From positions 60,574,001 through 60,638,000 of the forward strand of contig OX597826.1 in assembly GCA_951406725.2 (NCBI GenBank): a stretch of DNA of 64,000 bases, given 5' to 3'. Both the position numbers and the translations under genes were made by a program. Origin of the DNA: Octopus vulgaris (lineage: Eukaryota). The notes under the pieces were generated by a model that was given only the letters and a program-made list of their open reading frames with translations, ran no database searches and was not told the DNA's origin. Every line of letters starts with the position of its first letter. Position 1 is the first letter of the stretch. Below, piece after piece: positions 42,546-56,539 of this stretch.

Positions 42546-42920
42546 ATATGGACTTTGGCATGACCGAGTGTTCAATGTCGCTTCGCACTTAAAAGATACT
42601 GAGTTCCATTCGAATTCGCACCAACTTATGCGAGTGCCACTTACTGTTGCTTCAAGTCATCGTGAACCTTGTTAACGAAAGGTGATGCACGGAAACTATA
42701 TGGAAGCTCGGTATAATCATTGAATCTATAATTCTGATATGGACTTTGGCATGGCCGAGTGTTCAAAATCGCTTCGCACTTGAAAGATACTGAATTCCAT
42801 TCGAATCCGTACCAACTTGTTCGAGTGTCACTTACTGTTGCTTCAAAGTCGTCCTTGTTAACGAAAGGTGATACACGGAAACTGTATGGAAACTCGGTGG
42901 AATCATTGAATCTATAATTC
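42546..42920. repeat. Two diverged tandem copies of a ~191-bp unit
   Basis: atatggactttggcatg starts at 42546 and 42737, and both copies end aatcattgaatctataattc. Confidence 0.9.
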
Positions 42921-44024
42921 AAAGGTGAAAGCACATCATGGCTCACTTAGTGTGCGCCAGAATTTCCTTAACGGTACTTTAATGTACCTTTAAAATACTC
43001 ACTTACTTGCACGTTAATACTTGCATGAGTAATTCATTTGATGAAAGAAATGTATGATCATCGTGGAAACCGATGGAGGACCCATCTTCATGTTTAGACA
43101 TATTTCTGTGCAACTGTATTTACATTATGCTTTCAGTTTTCGTTTTTCTCTCCAGTACCACTCTTTCCCTCTCTTTCTCATTCTCTTTCTCTTCTCCCCC
43201 CTCCCTCTCTCTCTTCGAGTATGCAAGGTTTTTAATATGCTGTAAGGATATTTAACTTTTAACTTTAAAATCTCAGCTCTCACTACCAAACTCATTCAAA
43301 TATCTCAGATAATACATTCTTCGTTCCTATAATCTCCCATTCCCCCGTCCTTAACTCTCCGTTCTCCATACGTACAACTGTTCACATTTAGCGGCCCCTG
43401 CAGCCAACATCACTTCATTTGAAATTCGAAAATTTTGAAACGTAAGTACGAAACTCAATAGTCTTTGAAGTCAGCTTGAAATTTCGTTCACTGTTCGATC
43501 TTTGCTCTAATTCTTGGCACATCGTGCAATCGAACCAGCGGAATATTTATATTCCCATGTGAACTGTCAGCTTCGATTTAGCCTTTTATCTCTTCACATT
43601 GAAAACAGCGAGAAAAAAGGGAACCACCTCTGTTTTATGTCTCTTTAACTTCCAGCCATTCCATATACCCTCAACTGAACGATTTTCAAGTCTACTTTTC
43701 TTCTACAAGAGCCGTTGTATTCACGTATAAAGGTTAATACTTTCTTCGTTTCGTTTCTCTCTATTTTTGTTCCTTTCTTCTTTTTCCGTTTTATGTCTAA
43801 ATCCTATTTTTTCTTTCTCCCTTTCCTCTTCCTTTCTTTCACGCTATCTTCTTCTCTTTGATTTATTTGATTTTTTTTTGTTTTGTTTCAGTTCGCTTCC
43901 GACTTTCTTACTTTAAATTCAAACTTCAACATTTTTACATTATTTAGTAATTCATTTTTTTTTTCATTATTATTTAGGTCTTTCGTTTACCTTAATTTAA
44001 AATTATTGAAACCATTAATAATAA

Positions 44025-44604
44025 TGGTTTCAATTTTGGCACAAGACCAGCAATTTTAGCGGTAATGGTGAGTGGATTACATCGACTCCATTCCTCAGTT
44101 TGTAGTTATTCTATCGACCCCCGAAGGATGAACGACAAAGTCGACCTTGGCAGAATTTGAACTCGGACGCAAAGACAGACGAAATACCTATTTCTTTACT
44201 ACCCACAAGGGGCTAAATACAGAAGGGACAATCAAGGACAGACAAACAGATTAAGTCGATTATATCGACCCTAGTGCGTAACTGGGACTTATTTAATCGG
44301 CTGCGAAAGGATGAAAGGCAAAGTCGACCCCGGCGGAATTTGAACTCAGAACGTAGCGGCAGACGAAATACCTATTTCTTTACTATCCACAAGGGGCTAA
44401 ACACAGAGAGGTCAAACAAGGACAGTCAAACGGATTAAGTCGATTATATCGACCCCAGTGCGTAACTGGTACTTATTTAATTGACCCCGAAAGGATTAAA
44501 GGCAAAGTCGACCTCGTTGGAATTTGAACTCTGAACGTAGCGGCAGACGAAATACTGCTCAGCATTTCGCCCGGCGTGCTAACGTTTCTGCCAGCTCGCC
44601 GCCT
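44025..44604 (-). mobile_element. Family A SINE, three-unit form whose last unit carries the alternative tail
   Basis: Head at 44604, two standard bodies, and a terminal unit ending (minus) ttgctggtcttgtgccaaaattgaaaccatt. Confidence 0.88.
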
Positions 44605-45240
44605 TATTTATATTCCTTAAAAAAAAAACGAGGGAAAAACGTTAAAGCTAAAATATAGTAGATTTTGAGGTATATACACATTCACACTAGCACACAAATA
44701 TTCATATATGTATATACTCAGGTATGTATAAATGTATATACTAAATGTTTAATATATTGAATCATTTTTGTATGGTTTCCTTAACTGAAAGCTTAGACAA
44801 TCAAATCTTGTACACGCATATACTGCTATCTCCATACGGATAAATATATCTGTATAGTGCGTGTCTATATGTATAAATGCAGATGCCAGATGTAGTTCTA
44901 AGGTGCCGTCCCTATGCCCACGATTAATCTAACCGTGACTTTACAGTTCGTTCTGTATTGTGCTATCTGCATACCAGTGATACAATGTCTAATGTTTATT
45001 GCATGTTATTGTGTTGAAGAGGCTTAACGCCCCAACTCTTAAATGGACTATTAGTCCAAAAATTTGTAAAATTGCAGTAAGAGGTTCATTAAATCGTTTT
45101 GTTTTAGAGAAGCAGAAAATCGGCGACGTTTTTTGTCTTCTCCCATTTATATCATCCTTATCATCATTCACCTCATCAATGTCTTCGTCCAGCCCGCAAA
45201 CTACTCTGTATCGTGCCTTTATGGCAAAATTTTTAAAATA

Positions 45241-45381
45241 AAGTAGCTTACTTACCAACCACATGGTTCCGGATTTAGTCCCATTGCGTGGTACCTTGGT
45301 CAAGTGTCTTCTACTATAGTCTCGGGCCGACCGAAGACTTGTGAGTGGATTTGGTATAGGGAAACTAAAATAAGCCCGTCG

Positions 45382-45431
<50 letters not shown>

Positions 45432-45653
45432 AGTGTGTGTGTGCTTGTGTGTCTGTGTTTGTCCTCCCAACATCGCTTGACAACCGATGCTAGTGTGTTT
45501 ACGCCCCGTAACATTAGCGGTTCGGCAAAAGTGACCGATAGAATAAGTACTAGGCATACAAACAATAAGTCCTGGGGTCAATTTGCTTGACTAAAGGTTG
45601 TGCTCCAGCATAGCCACAGTGAAATGACTGAAACAAGTAAAAGAGTAAAAGAG
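45241..45653 (+). mobile_element. Family B SINE, slightly 5'-truncated
   Basis: Head, (TA)(TG) tract, 3' module and (GTAAAAGA) tail. Confidence 0.9.
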
Positions 45654-46118
45654 TATATATATATATATATACATATATTTGTGGCTTTTGGGACAAATTG
45701 GTACATGTTAATTAGTGTGTTGAGTAAAGCACGTTTCCCGGTTTTGGCTACCTGCTGTCATCCAACGTTGGGATATATATCCGCTGGATCTACTTCAGGA
45801 ATTCTTTAGTGTTAGTGGAGATAATAATAATTGACTAGCTAGACCCGTGAAATATTTTAAATAATTTAAAAGTTTGACAGGTTTTTGTACGCATCTGAAA
45901 ATATTTTGCTTACTCAATTACATTCTTGTTCAGCTGTAGAGTTAAGGGAGATATCAGGCTTTGAAGAAGATCTAATTAACATTGTCAAAAGTCTCTCTCT
46001 TAATATAAATCTTTGTTAATATTATGCTCAATATGTAATTAAACATGCACAACACCGAATTTGTTTAAGTGATAAAACTCTATGCACAACGATATCAAAT
46101 AGAAGTAATAATAAGGAA

Positions 46119-46149
46119 CTAGATGGACCGTGAAAAATTCACGGAAAAC
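46119..46149 (-). mobile_element. Isolated Helitron-like 3' terminus
   Basis: Minus strand ccgtgaa-ttt-ttcacgg hairpin followed by tccatCTAG|T. A weaker similar end lies at ~45835. Confidence 0.4.
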
Positions 46150-46839
46150 ATAAGAAATGTAAGCATATTTAAACAGTGTACTGGTGCCTTGAGAAATGTT
46201 TGTATATTATGACCGTCTGTCTTTACGTTCTCTGTTCAAACTCTGCCGAGGTAGACTTTATATTTCGTCCTTTCAAGGTCGATAAATTAAGTACCAGTTG
46301 TGTGCTGGCACCCTTCCCACAAACATTTCAAGCCTAGAAAAGTATATCGTGACAGTTACAGAATATAGAATATAATGTAACGCCAATGACTATATAATCC
46401 AACCAAAATATCTCAGTTACATAAACCTAAATGGATTTACTATTTAACCTTAAAATACATCGTAAATTATTCAGAGAACCCTCTTGTTTAAGTGGGACGG
46501 AACGTTTTTCTTGTATTCTTTTATTCTTTTACTTCTTTCAGTCATTTGATGGTGGTCATGCTGGAGCACCACCCATTTTTCCAAGTTAGGATGTGATTTG
46601 CTGTAGATATGTCTGTTATACTTACCAGATTGTGTCACCACGTAGAATATGAGAAGTGGAAGTTTTGTTTTTGACCAGACTGTGACCACACCACAAAACA
46701 ACATTACTTCATAGACTTTTTTATAATTGTCACCGCTTTTTGCCTTCTAACAATCCTTCAAAGTCACTTAGGTACAACTAAAGACGAACCCCACTCCACC
46801 TGCACTGTCAACCATTGTTAACACATCAACGTAATGTCC

Positions 46840-47050
46840 TTTCTACTAGAGGCACAAGGCCTGAAATTTGAGGGCGGAGCTTAGTCGATTACATCGACCT
46901 CTGTACTCAAATGGTACTTATTTTATCGACACCAAAATGACGAAAGGCAAAGTCTACTCCGGTGAAATTTGAACTCATGGAGTAAAGACGGACGAAATAT
47001 TGATTAACATTTCGCCCGGCGTGCTAACGGTTCTGCTAGCTCACTGCCTT
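46840..47050 (-). mobile_element. Family A SINE variant
   Basis: Reverse complement of head and core, with tail atttcaggccttgtgcctctagtagaaag. Confidence 0.8.
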
Positions 47051-47510
47051 ACACAGCTATATAATATCAGGCAAGAATAATTCAATTCTGGATAGAAGTT
47101 TGACGCAGGTGACTACTTACGATAGCACCACCCTATCATAAGCAAATATTATACTCTAGATAGTATATATTCGATGGTGTTTATTTAATTATTTACATTT
47201 TAAGCTCTATCATAAATTGTCGCCGTTATTGTTATTGCTGTTGTTGTAGTGATTATGGATAACTTTATCATTATATTACATTTCAAACGGCAAAAAGCTG
47301 GCAGAATTGTTACAGCATCAAAGGAATGCTTTGCTGTAATTTTTCCGGCCCATTACGTTCATTGTTGAACTCCTGCTGAGGCTAGCTTTGCATTTCATCC
47401 CCTCGGAATCGATAAAGTAAAATACGTCTCAAGTATTTGGGTCGTGGATATCGACAAATTCCATCCTACTGAAGTTGCTAGCGTTGAGTGTGAGTTAGAT
47501 ATCATTTATA

Positions 47511-47760
47511 CGTTCTTCAGCAAGACACTTTATTGCGCATTGCTACAGTTTACTTAGCTGTATAAATGAGTTGCGACGTCACTGGTTTCCAAGCTGTATC
47601 GGCCTTTATCTTTGCCTTGGATATCATCAGTGGCGTGGAGAGTGGGCTTGTTATGTATGGGCCACTGCTTGTCTTCCATAAACAATTTTGCTCGGACTTG
47701 TGCCTGGAAGGGTAACTTTCTAGGTGCAATTTCATGGTCATTCATGACCGAAGGGGGTGG
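47511..47760 (+). mobile_element. Family D SINE, core + 3' tail
   Basis: Matches 26367-26450 and continues into a unique tail. Confidence 0.75.
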
Positions 47761-49896
47761 AAATTATATTATATTTGAATACTCTTTTAAAGTCAATATA
47801 TACATAGTTATGATACATTTTAGAGAGTCAAAACTGTTGAACAGGTTGCAAAACGCAACGAAAATTTAGGACCAAAAAATAAGAAAAACGTGGAAATTTT
47901 ACCGGTGAGCGTGTTACATAATAAGGCAAAAAAAAGAAAATTACTCTCCCCAGACACAATAGAATATGCTTCAACACACGAACTCATATAAAGAATCTGG
48001 CAAACCAAATCCAAAAACGAAATACATTTTAATGTTAATATATAAATAGGACTTGATGACTAAAAACTAAAATAAAAACTACAGAAGTAGCTTTCATCCC
48101 TACCACATTTTTGTGACCGGTATCCACTTAAGTTCACCACTGACTCCTATAGACTATACCACCATTTCGAGAAGCACTGTGACAGATCTTTCATTTATAG
48201 CTTTCCGTCGTTCGTTTCATGTTATTCTTTGATATAAGATTTATAGAACGTTCTGCACTTTTGCTGTATGCAAATGAGGAGCTACATTGTTGATAGGTAT
48301 ATTTTTGGTAGTGGGTTTCCAAAGAACGTGGGATATAAGGATAAGATTAAGCCTCCTAAGCTACACACATTGACATGCGTAGCATGTTTGCTTCCTGGTC
48401 ATAAAATATTTGTTTCGATACCTGCATTGAGCAGCGAGTTGTATCCTTGAGCGCCCCTCTACGTTACTCCAGTCTATTCCTAACGAATACTAGGTAGTTG
48501 CTGGTGCAGCTCTATTTCTCCCTAGATTCACATCTGGAAGTCACATCTGGAAATCACATCTAGAAGTGACAGCTGGTTTAAGAGTACAGTGAACGAGATT
48601 GTGTCTGCGCTTGCTTGTGACTACATAGGTACTAAACACAAATTTAATATTCAGTTTGAGATATTCTGTTTTCTATATCATAAAACCAGTTGTCTATAAA
48701 TTGTTCGGATAATGCATCTTGTATGTGTCGTTGTTGTTATTTGGTAGAACACCAAAGCTTGTAGTCTTTGGTAGAATCTCCTTTGGTGTACCAGATCCAA
48801 ATTATCTAAACCCTTCTTAAAACATATAGAACAGGCCTACCATCAATGTCTTTTAAGTGTTTCTACGCTGGGTTTTTTTTTTTTTTTTTTTTTGCATAGT
48901 GTTTCATTCTAAGTCTGAATTATCTAGAATGTTCCACATCTTATTTTCAAAATGATGGCGGCTAATGGGAGGTAGATTCGATTGCTATATCTAGCAGATA
49001 GGTTGATGTTGTTGCTGGTGTTTATTCCGAAGTCCGCCATGACCAGAAGCACATTCTAAACGTGATACTCTGCTTTTATCTTATGTTCAGGAAACTAAGA
49101 TTTCCTTTATCGTAAGATGGCACTGAGCGATTTGAGGGAGATTTAACTACTACTTCAAATAGCAGGTGAAACGGCCATGTTGATGCTCCCTTTTTGATTC
49201 ATATACGTCGTGCTTTAGTTGACTATAGGTTGTCTGCAAAATATCTCCTCAGATAAACAATATTGTTTTACCTCAGATGATATTAACATTATTAATAACA
49301 TACGATAAAAGATAGAGGAAGAGAAGAACAAGTAAGATTATCAGACAAAATTTCTTGCAATGTTAAATTATGTCCTTTTCCGATTTGAGCGGCCTGAGTT
49401 CAAATGCATTTTTGCCTTTCATCGTTCCAGGGTCGTCCATAAAATAAGTATGACTGATGTTATGCGAGGTTGAGGTCAAGTTAATCGACTGTAACTATCT
49501 CTGCTTAACATGTGTGGCCTTGTGCCAATACAGGAAGTAATTACTGTAACACGTGGGTCAATTTACAAACGGAACCTTGGACTTCAATCCGATCCATCAC
49601 GGAATATTCTGATGGATCGGATTGTCACTCATGTTCATTTATGTAGTCATGCATGTTGGTGTGTGCGCATATATATATGCGTGTTCATATGTGTGTGAGC
49701 AATTACATTGGTTTCTTTGTCTTAATGTGGGCGTCTTTATGCTTAAGAGTGTGTAACTATTTATCTATGTCTGTATGCTTCTTCCAAAGCGAATAGCATA
49801 TGTGCGCATGTGTACACGCAAATGTATATACAAATCCCTGTAAATATATCTGTAAATTCAAGTTATCAATGTATTTATACATATATGTATGTAAGC

Positions 49897-49930
<34 letters not shown>

Positions 49931-50419
49931 TTACTTAGATATACATAGATATATACACGCAGATATGTCTACTGTGTATTTTGTGTGCGTGAATGTATAT
50001 GGAAGAATATTTGTATCCTTCTGTATACGTGTGCATGTGCTTGTGTATGTGTGAGTATAAATGCACATACACACACAACTATATATAATATACACATACA
50101 CACACACCTATATATATATATATATATATATATATACTCACACACACACATCGATATACACATGTGTATGAACGCTTGCATGTGTGTATCTGTGTGTCTA
50201 TGCCCAAGCTTATGTAATTTGTGCTTGTGTGTTCTGCGTGTGCGAGAGGGAATAACCCCCGGTATACATTTACAGTGTGTCAACGAAAATGAAATTGTTC
50301 ATAAAATAAAGATTAACCCAGCATTAGGCCTGACTGACCCATGGTCATAAGCATTGTAGCCGTGTCCAACATTCTTAATATACACACAGTCTATATGCAA
50401 CATACATTGTATCTTGTAA

Positions 50420-50950
50420 TCTTTTCTGCTCTAGGCACAAGGCCCGAACTTTTGGAGGAGGGGAACAGTCGATTAGATCGACACCAGTAAGCTACTGGAA
50501 TGAAAGGCAAAGTCGACCTCGGCGGATTTTTAACTCGGAACGTAACGGCAGACGAAATACGGCTACCTTAAATGTATTCTCTTTTCTAAGACCTGAAATG
50601 TTGGGGGTGGGTGCCAGTCTAATAGCAACTGGTGCTTAATTTATCGACCGCGAAAGCATGAATGGCGAAGTCGACCTCGGCGGAATTTGACGCTAGAATG
50701 TAAAGACAGGCGAAATACCCATTTCTTTACTAGCGACAAGCAGCTAAACACAGCGGGGACAAACAAGGACAGACAAATGGATTAAGTCGATTACATAGAC
50801 CCCAGTGCGTAACTGGTACGTATTTAATCGACCGAGAAAGGATGAAAGGCAAAGTCCACCTCGGCGGAATTTGAACTCAGAACGTAACGGCAGACGAAAT
50901 ACTGCTAAGCATTTCGCCCGGCGTGCTAACGTTTCTGCCAGCTCGCCGCA
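50420..50950 (-). mobile_element. Stacked family A SINE units
   Basis: Three partial or complete bodies with the head at 50950. Confidence 0.8.
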
Positions 50951-51212
50951 TTACATTGCATCATATATTATAACATATCCTGTATACTTCGCGGAATTTA
51001 AATGTCATGGTCACGCAAGGATCCCGCAAATTCAGTTTACAGGTACAGGCGTGGCTGTGTGGTTTAGAAGACCACTTTGTAACCACGTGGTTTTCGGTTC
51101 ATTCCGAATGCGCAGCACCTTGGGCATGTGTGTTTTACTTTACTCCGAGCCAACTGATGTCTTCTGAGTGCATTTTGCAGACAAACACACACACACACAG
51201 ACACACACACAG

Positions 51213-51247
<35 letters not shown>

Positions 51248-51339
51248 TACACACACACATATATATGTTTGACAAACATTTTTATTTATATATTTATATA
51301 TCATTTAGATCACAAGTGAACTACACCACTCATATTCTT

Positions 51340-51695
51340 TATATATTCCCTAAGCCCACCTCGCAGCCTGGGTATTTCCCATGCCCCCCCCACACACACA
51401 CACACTGTCGCACCTGCCCCTATCTCTCCAACACCTCCATCCTCATAGACACCCATTATCGTCCCTATCACTTCACCGACTCCTTTACCTGCACTTCTAG
51501 TAACGTCACTTACTGCATCTCCTGCTCTCTCTGTCCTTTCCTGTACATCGGCCACACGAGACGCCGCTAAGCTGACCGCTTCACGAAGCACCTCCGAGCC
51601 ATCAGACTCGGCAATGACACTGCGGTCTCGCACCATTTCCGTTCTACTGGTCATTGGCTACAACATTTCTCTGTGTATAGACTGTCTTTGCACAA
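51340..51695 (+). pseudogene. Penelope-like element GIY-YIG endonuclease remnant
   Basis: PGYFPC...CRTCPYL...FTCTSSNVTYCISCSLCPFLYIGHTRRR*ADRFTKHLRAIR...VSHHFRSTGH: Cys-rich linker, NVxYxIxCxxC, YIG, R..EH-like and HF..GH motifs, with an in-frame stop. Confidence 0.88.
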
Positions 51696-52024
51696 GGTCC
51701 ATCCGGATTTAATTTTCTTTCTTCGCTCCTTTGCTCAACTTCAGCCCAACTGTCTTCTTCACTTGACACCAGCCTTACCTCCTCTCTTCATTTGATGCCA
51801 AGCTCACACCACTCCACACACACTAGCACTGACCACTTCCCAGCAACCACACCACACCAACACACAATCTTCAATAGCGTCACCACACATACCACTATAT
51901 GAGCAGCCACACACACCACACACCATCATGCATGGTGCGTGTGTGTGTGTGTGAGTGTTTATGTATATGTATGTAATCATATATATATGAGTGTATATAT
52001 ATATATATATATTTACGTGTGTGC

Positions 52025-52350
52025 CCATTGTTATCCATTTATGGATCTAAAAAAGGGCATCGCCAAACACACAGCCAACCGATTGCAGTGCTGGAGGACG
52101 ATCCTCCTAAATTAGGATTTTAAGATGGAATTTGTACCATCGAAAAAGTTAGGAAACGTGGTTGAGCTGTCAAGATTGATTCCTAATTACAATGAACTGT
52201 TATGGGACACGGTAATAGCGGTATTAAAATCCGAAATCGAAATAGAAAATATATTCTGCAACGTAGTACATGAACTACCTGTCAATTTAGAAGAAATAAA
52301 AATTAAAGCAGAGAAAGAGACGTTCATAATAAGAATGAAAAAAATAGTGA
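52025..52350 (+). pseudogene. Ty3/Gypsy pol remnant (end of RNase H and linker)
   Basis: PLLSIYGSKKGI...ANRLQCW..ILLN..FKMEFVPSKKLGNVVELSRLIP...DTVIAVL...ELPV. Confidence 0.75.
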
Positions 52351-53742
52351 AGTTTCACAATGGTATTCAATACGTGACGACTTATATACGCTCAGACTGA
52401 ACCTGAGAGGACATCGTTGCGAAGTGGATTTCTTCACATGGTAATGTCGGCGCCTGGTATAATAAAAGAGAGGCGATTAGCCTTCTACCTCAATTTCTCT
52501 CTTATTTCTTCTCTGTCATTCCATCTACAAAAGCGCTGAAACTTTATGTTCTTCACTTCGCACAGCAAACAAACTTTTCCATTCTTCTGAACTGTCATCA
52601 GTTTCCAAGAGATTAAAGAAACCATTTACTAATTATTAATGCAAGATGTAGTGATAAATTTATAAAAATACTTAAACTTTTTCAGAACATTAAAATTAAA
52701 TGAATAAAAGCACTGATATTTATGTTTCTTAATTCTATATCATTTGTATGGTTGAATTTGGTTACAGTTTGGGGAATATTGAAGATTAGCGTGCCGAATT
52801 AATTATGGAATTCTTTTATATTGTATCGTGTTTTTCTTTCGTTAATGCGGGCATTATTATGGAATATTTTCATTTGAATATAGATATGGCGTTATTTTGA
52901 ACTGTATTCAACTATTATATTCAAAATCACAGGAGGAATTTGTCAGTTCTGCTGAAATTTATGTCTTGCCAAAAAACAAATCGAAATGGATGTGTAGTGC
53001 ATCAGATAGTTGTAGGGAGAATTCGAAAGGGCATATTTAAAAGCAGAAATAGCAATAATAAATAACTGTGGCTCGTGCATTGATATATATGCGTATGCTA
53101 CTGTTTGAGCATTTCAAAACTATTCTTATTGCTAGACATGAAGAATAATATATTCTTAAATCGTTTATTTATATCAATGGTTTGCTATTCTTAAATTAAA
53201 AATACGATCTTATTTTTATAAGTATTTCGTTTTAAAATCTATTGATTTACTGTTTTCCAACGAGATTATTCTAAAATTTAATTTCAAATATATTCATCGC
53301 TTTATAGTAGACATAATCTATGTATCTGTATATGTCTATATTTAACATAAAAAGATAAATGTATTCAATTGGAGAAGTATAGAAAGAACTAAAGTATTAG
53401 AGAATGAAATTATTCTGTAGTTTATTTGGTACGCTAATATCCATTAATGCTCACATTTTCGAAGGTTCGCCGATATCCTATTTCTGATTTTGAACTTTTT
53501 CACTTTTCACTGAACCGATGATTAAACCTCAAAAATCTGTATACTAAAATTTTGCCAGAAGGCCACAGAGTACATTATAGATCCTGAAGAGGTGAACCCC
53601 CACTTAGTGTTATTTTCGTATGATATGAAGAATATTCCCGTTTGGATCCTCATCCAAAGCAAGTGTCTCTATCAATATTACATTGGTATCATCACCTAAA
53701 GTTCATAAACATATTTCAGAAATTGAATATATACACACACAA

Positions 53743-53786
<44 letters not shown>

Positions 53787-53789
<3 letters not shown>

Positions 53790-53946
53790 CCTAAGAGTGG
53801 CTGTTTACCTTGTTTACCAGCCACATGGCTCCGGGTTCAGTTCCACTGCGTGGTACCTTGAGCAAGTGTCTTCCACTATAGCCTCGGGTCGATCAAGGCC
53901 TTGTGAGTGCATTTGGTAGACGGAAACTGAAAGCAGCCCATCGTAT
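53787..53946 (+). mobile_element. Family B SINE head
   Basis: ccacatggctccgggttcagttccactgcgtggtaccttgagcaagtgtc...ggtagacggaaactgaaag. Confidence 0.8.
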
Positions 53947-54759
53947 ATGTATATGTGTGCGTGTTAAAATAACTGAGCTGGATCAATGTACATGTTTAAA
54001 TTTAGATTAAGAGTTCAAAACGTTACTAACATACCGCTTTGCTCTTCCCTAATGGATCCTCTGTAATGAGAAGCATAATGAATACCGAACATTAATCCAG
54101 GATAAATCCTTACTGGATATCTAATTTCTCCAGTACATTTTCATGGCCGGACATATTACTGTGAAGGAATATCTGAAATTTCGTTCTCAGAACCCCCCAG
54201 GTTCAACATTGTAGAACTAAGATAGGTGAGAGAGTGAGGCATTAACAATTGATGCTTTAAGGTAAGCAGTATCTAAGGTTCTGTTTTCTTTCAGGGAACT
54301 GTAAATAAACTTATTAGTCATTGTAAAGCGGCGAACTGGCAGAATCGTTAGCACGTTGCACAAAATGTTTAGCGGCATTTCTTCCGGCTCTTTACGTTCT
54401 GGGTTCGAATCTAACTGATGTCTTCTTTACCTCTTTATCTCTTCGTTATCTTGAGAATAAAGTACCAGTCGAGTACTGAGATAGATGTAATCGACCTATC
54501 TCTTCCCCCAAAATTGCTGGCCGTGAAATTTACAACGGTCAAGTGTACTGTTCATAGAATTTGTTGTGATTTCAGTCGCTTAAAACTTTCCAAATCACCC
54601 TAGAAAACTTTTATCCGGCTTTATGTGACCTAGGGCTCAAGCAAATTGTTTTTTTAAATATTCGTTGTAGCCTTGCTACGCTTCACATTGTCGGGGAAGA
54701 ATCTCATGCTTTCAAGTTGGTGTCCCAAAGAACTTGTGTTTCTATTTTTATTTGTATCG

Positions 54760-55200
54760 TATATAAGAAATAGATGTTTAGCGGAAAAGCCATTTGTCAT
54801 TTTCCGGTGCAATATTAAGAAACTTTGTAACTGAAATAATTTTAGCCAATTTCTCATTCTCTTCCTCAGTAGTCTCGCTAATGACAGTAGCATTGTGTAG
54901 ATAGTTGTAAACTCCTTTGATGTCATTGTCAGCAATTGTACCATCCATCACTTTTTGAAAAGCGCTTACGGCACAAGTCACACCAAACGTAACCCCGTAA
55001 AGCAGAATAAGCGTCAATCAGCTTGAAATGCAATGTGTCTATTATGGTTAGTGTGGAGGGGGAGTTTCATAGTGTGCTGCTTTTATATCCAGTTCGCTAT
55101 AGAAGTCTTTATAGAAAATAGATCGCACATGATATTCAATATTAGGAAGAAAAGCAGTACCGATTTATCGTTTGTGTAGTGTCGATATCAACACGTTCTG
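54760..55200 (-). pseudogene. Ty3/Gypsy reverse transcriptase remnant
   Basis: Piecewise QTINR...LPNIE, YSELDIKAAHY, VTFGVTCAVSAFQKVMD...GVYNYLHN (decayed YLDN)...TEEENEKL. Confidence 0.75.
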
Positions 55201-56539
55201 TACCTCTGTCTTCTCTTTTTTCTTATAACCGTAACTTGTATTTGTCTCTCTAAGAAAAACTACAAGTGGACGTTGAGAGACTTTAACAATATCATCATCA
55301 GAAAGTTGTTTAGTGTTTTAATAAACATTTTAATAAATTGAAGTAAGTGGTAGGATATGATAACAATAATTTTCAAATAATTATACAGTTGTGTAAAAAT
55401 GCAAAGAGAGGATATTTAAATGATCCATGTAATTTAAATGTAAAGGGGAAGTGCTGTTTGAGAATTTCAAGTTAAAAAGCTATAAAGGAACATGAATTAG
55501 ATAGAACATTTCAATGTACCTTATCACGTCAGACATACGCAAGCATTTATTTGAAATAATGAAAGGTAAAGAAAGAATACCTTTAGATTGAGTTCCAAGC
55601 CAATTCAATGACATTTTCGATACATTGGAATTAAGAATTCCTGCACGCAGGCTTATGACAATCTTAGTAATAGCTTAAATCGAGTAACTCATCAGATTGC
55701 TAGTTATCCATTACTACATTGACTGCAGTTTTTTATTGTTTGTGAAAAGCGTTTTCTTAAAATGAACTTACAGTGAAGCTGGTTTTAGAGATTAATGTTT
55801 GACTCTTTTAAATAGAAAACAGATCAACTATTTTTGCAGTTAAGACACGCTTGTTAATTTTGGGGGACAAATAAAACTGTCGAAGTTGGGGTCAGCATAA
55901 CAATAGCATTTCTATCTGTACTGGATTTATTCATATCTTCTGCTTTATGCTCATTACGAATGGTGCCGGAATATTTATACTGCAGATCCATTGACAGGAA
56001 AAGAAGATCGCTTGTAATAATCTACATCTTCATGGGCAGCTTCCAGAAAACCAGGTTATTCTAGATTCAGTATAAAGATCTCAAAGAGTGAAGCCTTGCC
56101 TGATATAGTCTCATGAGATCCTTAAAATAAATTCATCTCTCTTACTTTCTTCTCAAATATAGCTAAGCAATTCCACATGGAAATTTACAGTGTCTATTGT
56201 AAATGTATTTGTAACATAAAATTAAATTACCTCAAAAGAATGTTATTTTCGTGTTACTTTAGTGACTACAACTAGGATGCGAAAATTATTAAAACCTGCA
56301 TTATATTGAAGATCCAATCAAGGGGGATTATTGTAGAATTCTAATCGATACAACATACAATGATGCTCAAATTATAAAGCACAAACTTTATTGGACAAAT
56401 TGTAAAGCACAAACCTTGGTCGCAGGATAATTTGGAAATATTAGCATTCATTTTATCCTCCCTGTCCTTTTGTCTCATGAAGTGACCACCTCAGAGTTAT
56501 GTGATTAAAGATATTTGAAAAATCAGGATTTAATCGATG

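Noticed and set aside
48529-48570. Three copies of cacatct(g/a)gaa; similar short duplications at ~33830 and ~41175
   Set aside because: Ordinary local slippage duplications with no further structure.
53575-53672. CUGAAGA followed distantly by ucaucc-aaagc-aagu-GUC (hammerhead-like)
   Set aside because: GAAA is absent and stem I does not pair in register; too degraded to call.
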